This document shows positions 59,091-64,000 of a DNA stretch of 64,000 bases, piece after piece (positions within the stretch are counted from its first letter, which is position 1; every line of letters begins with the position of its first letter). Source of the DNA: Escherichia coli 042 (GTDB lineage Bacteria; Pseudomonadota; Gammaproteobacteria; Enterobacterales; Enterobacteriaceae); NCBI RefSeq assembly GCF_000027125.1, contig NC_017626.1, one strand, 5' to 3'. The notes beneath the pieces were generated by a model. It worked only from the letters and a program-made list of their open reading frames with translations. It searched no databases and was not told where the DNA came from. A program made the translations under genes and the position numbers.

Positions 59091-59825
59091 ATGAGTTTTG
59101 AAGGAAAAATCGCACTGGTAACCGGTGCAAGCCGCGGAATTGGCCGCGCAATTGCTGAAACGCTCGCAGCCCGTGGCGCGAAAGTTATTGGCACTGCGAC
59201 CAGTGAAAATGGCGCTCAGGCGATCAGTGATTATTTAGGTGCCAACGGCAAAGGTCTGATGTTGAATGTGACCGACCCGGCATCTATCGAATCTGTTCTG
59301 GAAAAAATTCGCGCAGAATTTGGTGAAGTGGATATCCTGGTCAATAATGCCGGTATCACTCGTGATAACCTGTTAATGCGAATGAAAGATGAAGAGTGGA
59401 ACGATATTATCGAAACCAACCTTTCATCTGTTTTCCGTCTGTCAAAAGCGGTAATGCGCGCTATGATGAAAAAGCGTCATGGTCGTATTATCACTATCGG
59501 TTCTGTGGTTGGTACCATGGGAAATGGCGGTCAGGCCAACTACGCTGCGGCGAAAGCGGGCTTGATCGGCTTCAGTAAATCACTGGCGCGCGAAGTTGCG
59601 TCACGCGGTATTACTGTAAACGTTGTTGCTCCGGGCTTTATTGAAACGGACATGACACGTGCGCTGAGCGATGACCAGCGTGCGGGTATCCTGGCGCAGG
59701 TTCCTGCGGGGCGCCTCGGCGGCGCACAGGAAATCGCCAACGCGGTTGCATTCCTGGCATCCGACGAAGCAGCTTACATCACGGGTGAAACTTTGCATGT
59801 GAACGGCGGGATGTACATGGTCTGA
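59091..59825 (+). CDS. fabG: 3-oxoacyl-ACP reductase FabG
   Basis: 244 aa SDR, TGASRGIG motif. Confidence 0.95.
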   Translation: MSFEGKIALVTGASRGIGRAIAETLAARGAKVIGTATSENGAQAISDYLGANGKGLMLNVTDPASIESVLEKIRAEFGEVDILVNNAGITRDNLLMRMKDEEWNDIIETNLSSVFRLSKAVMRAMMKKRHGRIITIGSVVGTMGNGGQANYAAAKAGLIGFSKSLAREVASRGITVNVVAPGFIETDMTRALSDDQRAGILAQVPAGRLGGAQEIANAVAFLASDEAAYITGETLHVNGGMYMV

Positions 59826-60035
59826 CCGCGATTTGCACAAAATGCTCATGTTGCGCGCAGTCTGCGTGGTTATGAGTAATAATTAGTGCAAAATGATTTG
59901 CGTTATTGGGGGGTAAGGCCTCAAAATAACGTAAAATCGTGGTAAGACCTGCCGGGATTTAGTTGCAAATTTTTCAACATTTTATACACTACGAAAACCA
60001 TCGCGAAAGCGAGTTTTGATAGGAAATTTAAGAGT

Positions 60036-60272
60036 ATGAGCACTATCGAAGAACGCGTTAAGAAAATTATCGGCGAACAGCTGGGCGTTAAGCAGGAAGA
60101 AGTTACCAACAATGCTTCTTTCGTTGAAGACCTGGGCGCGGATTCTCTTGACACCGTTGAGCTGGTAATGGCTCTGGAAGAAGAGTTTGATACTGAGATT
60201 CCGGACGAAGAAGCTGAGAAAATCACCACCGTTCAGGCTGCCATTGATTACATCAACGGCCACCAGGCGTAA
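60036..60272 (+). CDS. acpP: Acyl carrier protein
   Basis: 78 aa, DSLD phosphopantetheine attachment site. Confidence 0.97.
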
Positions 60273-60283
60273 GTGAACATCTC

Positions 60284-61602
<1,319 letters not shown>

Positions 61603-61721
61603 GTTGTCATTTCCCACCCTTATAAAAGGTCCGCTTGCGGGCCTTTTTTCTTAGCTTTTATTCTGACTTGTTCCGTAGTGAACATGCTGCCACACTAACA
61701 ATTCTCTGATAAGGAGCCGGT

Positions 61722-62531
61722 ATGTTCTTAATTAACGGTCATAAGCAGGAATCGCTGGCAGTAAGCGATCGGGCAACGCAGTTTGGTGATGGTTGTTTTA
61801 CCACCGCCAGAGTTATCGACGGTAAAGTCAGTTTGTTATCGGCGCATATCCAGCGACTACAGGATGCTTGTCAGCGGTTGATGATTTCCTGTGACTTCTG
61901 GCCTCAGCTTGAACTAGAGATGAAAACGCTGGCAGCAGAACAGCAAAATGGTGTGCTGAAAGTGGTGATCAGTCGCGGTAGTGGCGGGCGAGGATACAGC
62001 ACATTGAACAGCGGACCGGCAACGCGGATTCTCTCCGTTACGGCTTATCCTGCACATTACGACCGTTTGCGTAACGAGGGGATGACGTTGGCGCTAAGCC
62101 CGGTGCGGCTGGGGCGCAATCCTCATCTTGCAGGTATTAAACATCTTAATCGGCTTGAGCAAGTATTGATCCGCTCTCATCTTGAGCAGACAAACGCTGA
62201 TGAGGCGCTGGTCCTTGACAGCGAAGGGTGGGTTACGGAATGCTGTGCGGCTAATTTGTTCTGGCGGAAGGGCAACGTAGTTTATACGCCGCGACTGGAT
62301 CAGGCAGGTGTTAACGGCATTATGCGACAATTCTGTATCCGTTTACTGGCACAATCCTCTTATCAGCTTGTCGAAGTGCAAGCCTCGCTGGAGGAGGCGT
62401 TGCAGGCAGATGAGATGGTTATTTGCAATGCGTTAATGCCAGTGATGCCCGTACGTGCCTGTGGCGATGTCTCCTTTTCGTCAGCAACGTTATATGAATA
62501 TTTAGCCCCACTTTGTGAGCGCCCGAATTAG
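61722..62531 (+). CDS. pabC: Aminodeoxychorismate lyase PabC
   Basis: 269 aa, class IV aminotransferase fold. Confidence 0.9.
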   Translation: MFLINGHKQESLAVSDRATQFGDGCFTTARVIDGKVSLLSAHIQRLQDACQRLMISCDFWPQLELEMKTLAAEQQNGVLKVVISRGSGGRGYSTLNSGPATRILSVTAYPAHYDRLRNEGMTLALSPVRLGRNPHLAGIKHLNRLEQVLIRSHLEQTNADEALVLDSEGWVTECCAANLFWRKGNVVYTPRLDQAGVNGIMRQFCIRLLAQSSYQLVEVQASLEEALQADEMVICNALMPVMPVRACGDVSFSSATLYEYLAPLCERPN

Positions 62532-62533
62532 TC

Positions 62534-63556
62534 ATGAAAAAAGTGTTATTGATTATCTTGTTATTGCTGGTGGTACTGGGTATCGCCGCTGGTGTGGGCG
62601 TCTGGAAGGTTCGCCATCTTGCCGACAGCAAATTGCTTATCAAAGAAGAGACGATATTTACCCTGAAGCCAGGGACCGGACGTCTGGCGCTTGGTGAACA
62701 GCTTTATGCCGATAAGATCATCAATCGCCCACGGGTTTTTCAATGGTTGCTGCGTATCGAACCGGATCTTTCTCACTTTAAAGCCGGGACTTACCGCTTT
62801 ACACCGCAGATGACCGTGCGCGAGATGCTGAAATTGCTGGAAAGCGGTAAAGAAGCACAGTTCCCTCTGCGACTGGTAGAAGGGATGCGTCTGAGCGATT
62901 ACCTCAAGCAATTGCGTGAGGCTCCGTATATCAAGCACACGCTGAGCGACGATAAGTACGCCACCGTAGCGCAGGCACTTGAACTGGAAAACCCAGAGTG
63001 GATTGAAGGTTGGTTCTGGCCAGACACCTGGATGTATACCGCCAATACCACCGATGTCGCGTTACTCAAGCGAGCGCACAAGAAAATGGTGAAAGCGGTC
63101 GATAGCGCCTGGGAAGGGCGTGCGGACGGTCTGCCCTATAAAGATAAAAACCAGCTGATGACGATGGCATCAATTATCGAAAAAGAAACCGCCGTTGCCA
63201 GTGAACGCGATCAGGTTGCCTCGGTATTTATCAACCGGTTACGCATTGGTATGCGCCTGCAGACCGACCCGACCGTGATTTACGGGATGGGAGAGCGTTA
63301 TAATGGCAAACTTTCTCGTGCAGACCTGGAAACGCCGACAGCGTATAACACCTATACCATTACCGGTTTGCCGCCAGGTGCAATAGCTACGCCGGGGGCG
63401 GATTCGCTGAAGGCTGCTGCGCATCCGGCAAAAACGCCGTATCTCTATTTTGTGGCCGATGGTAAAGGTGGTCACACGTTTAATACCAATCTTGCCAGTC
63501 ATAACAAGTCTGTGCAGGATTATCTGAAAGTGCTTAAGGAAAAAAATGCGCAGTAA
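62534..63556 (+). CDS. mltG: Endolytic murein transglycosylase MltG (YceG)
   Basis: 340 aa with N-terminal TM anchor. Confidence 0.9.
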
Positions 63557-64000
63557 GTATATCGTCATTGAGGGGCTGGAAGGCGCAGGCAAAACTACCG
63601 CGCGTAATGTGGTGGTTGAGACGCTCGAGCAACTGGGTATCCGCGACATGGTTTTCACTCGGGAACCTGGCGGTACGCAACTTGCCGAAAAGTTAAGAAG
63701 CCTGGTGCTGGATATCAAATCGGTAGGCGATGAAGTCATTACCGATAAAGCCGAAGTTCTGATGTTTTATGCCGCGCGCGTTCAACTGGTAGAAACGGTC
63801 ATCAAACCTGCGCTGGCTAACGGCACCTGGGTGATTGGCGATCGCCACGATCTCTCCACTCAGGCGTATCAGGGCGGCGGACGTGGTATTGACCAACATA
63901 TGCTGGCAACATTGCGTGATGCTGTTCTCGGGGATTTTCGCCCCGACTTAACGCTCTATCTCGATGTTACCCCGGAAGTTGGCTTAAAACGTGCGCGTGC
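63546..64000 (+). CDS. tmk: Thymidylate kinase, 3'-truncated by window edge
   Basis: P-loop GLEGAGKTT; start overlaps the mltG stop by 11 bp. Confidence 0.9.

Overview
This window is a chromosomal segment of an Escherichia coli-like genome, collinear with the K-12 map from efeB/phoH through the curli (csg), opg, lpxL, pyrC, flg, rne and fab clusters to tmk. All gene identifications rest on reading the ORF translations and recalling known protein families; no database search was run. About 80 genes are conserved housekeeping or flagellar/curli genes with intact reading frames. Three places differ from the K-12 layout as I recall it and are the main findings: (1) the phoH–serX interval carries only an AT-rich segment and one 228-aa membrane-anchored ORF with a nuclease-like C-terminal motif, where K-12 has pgaABCD-ycdT-IS3-ycdU; (2) a two-gene GNAT-toxin / RHH-antitoxin module sits between flgL and rne; (3) a 1432-bp IS3-family element (IS1397-like) is inserted in a REP palindrome between rluC and yceF. 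No CRISPR array or rRNA gene is present; there is one tRNA (Ser, GGA anticodon). Several ORF-track entries are N-terminally over-extended and have been trimmed to the likely true starts.
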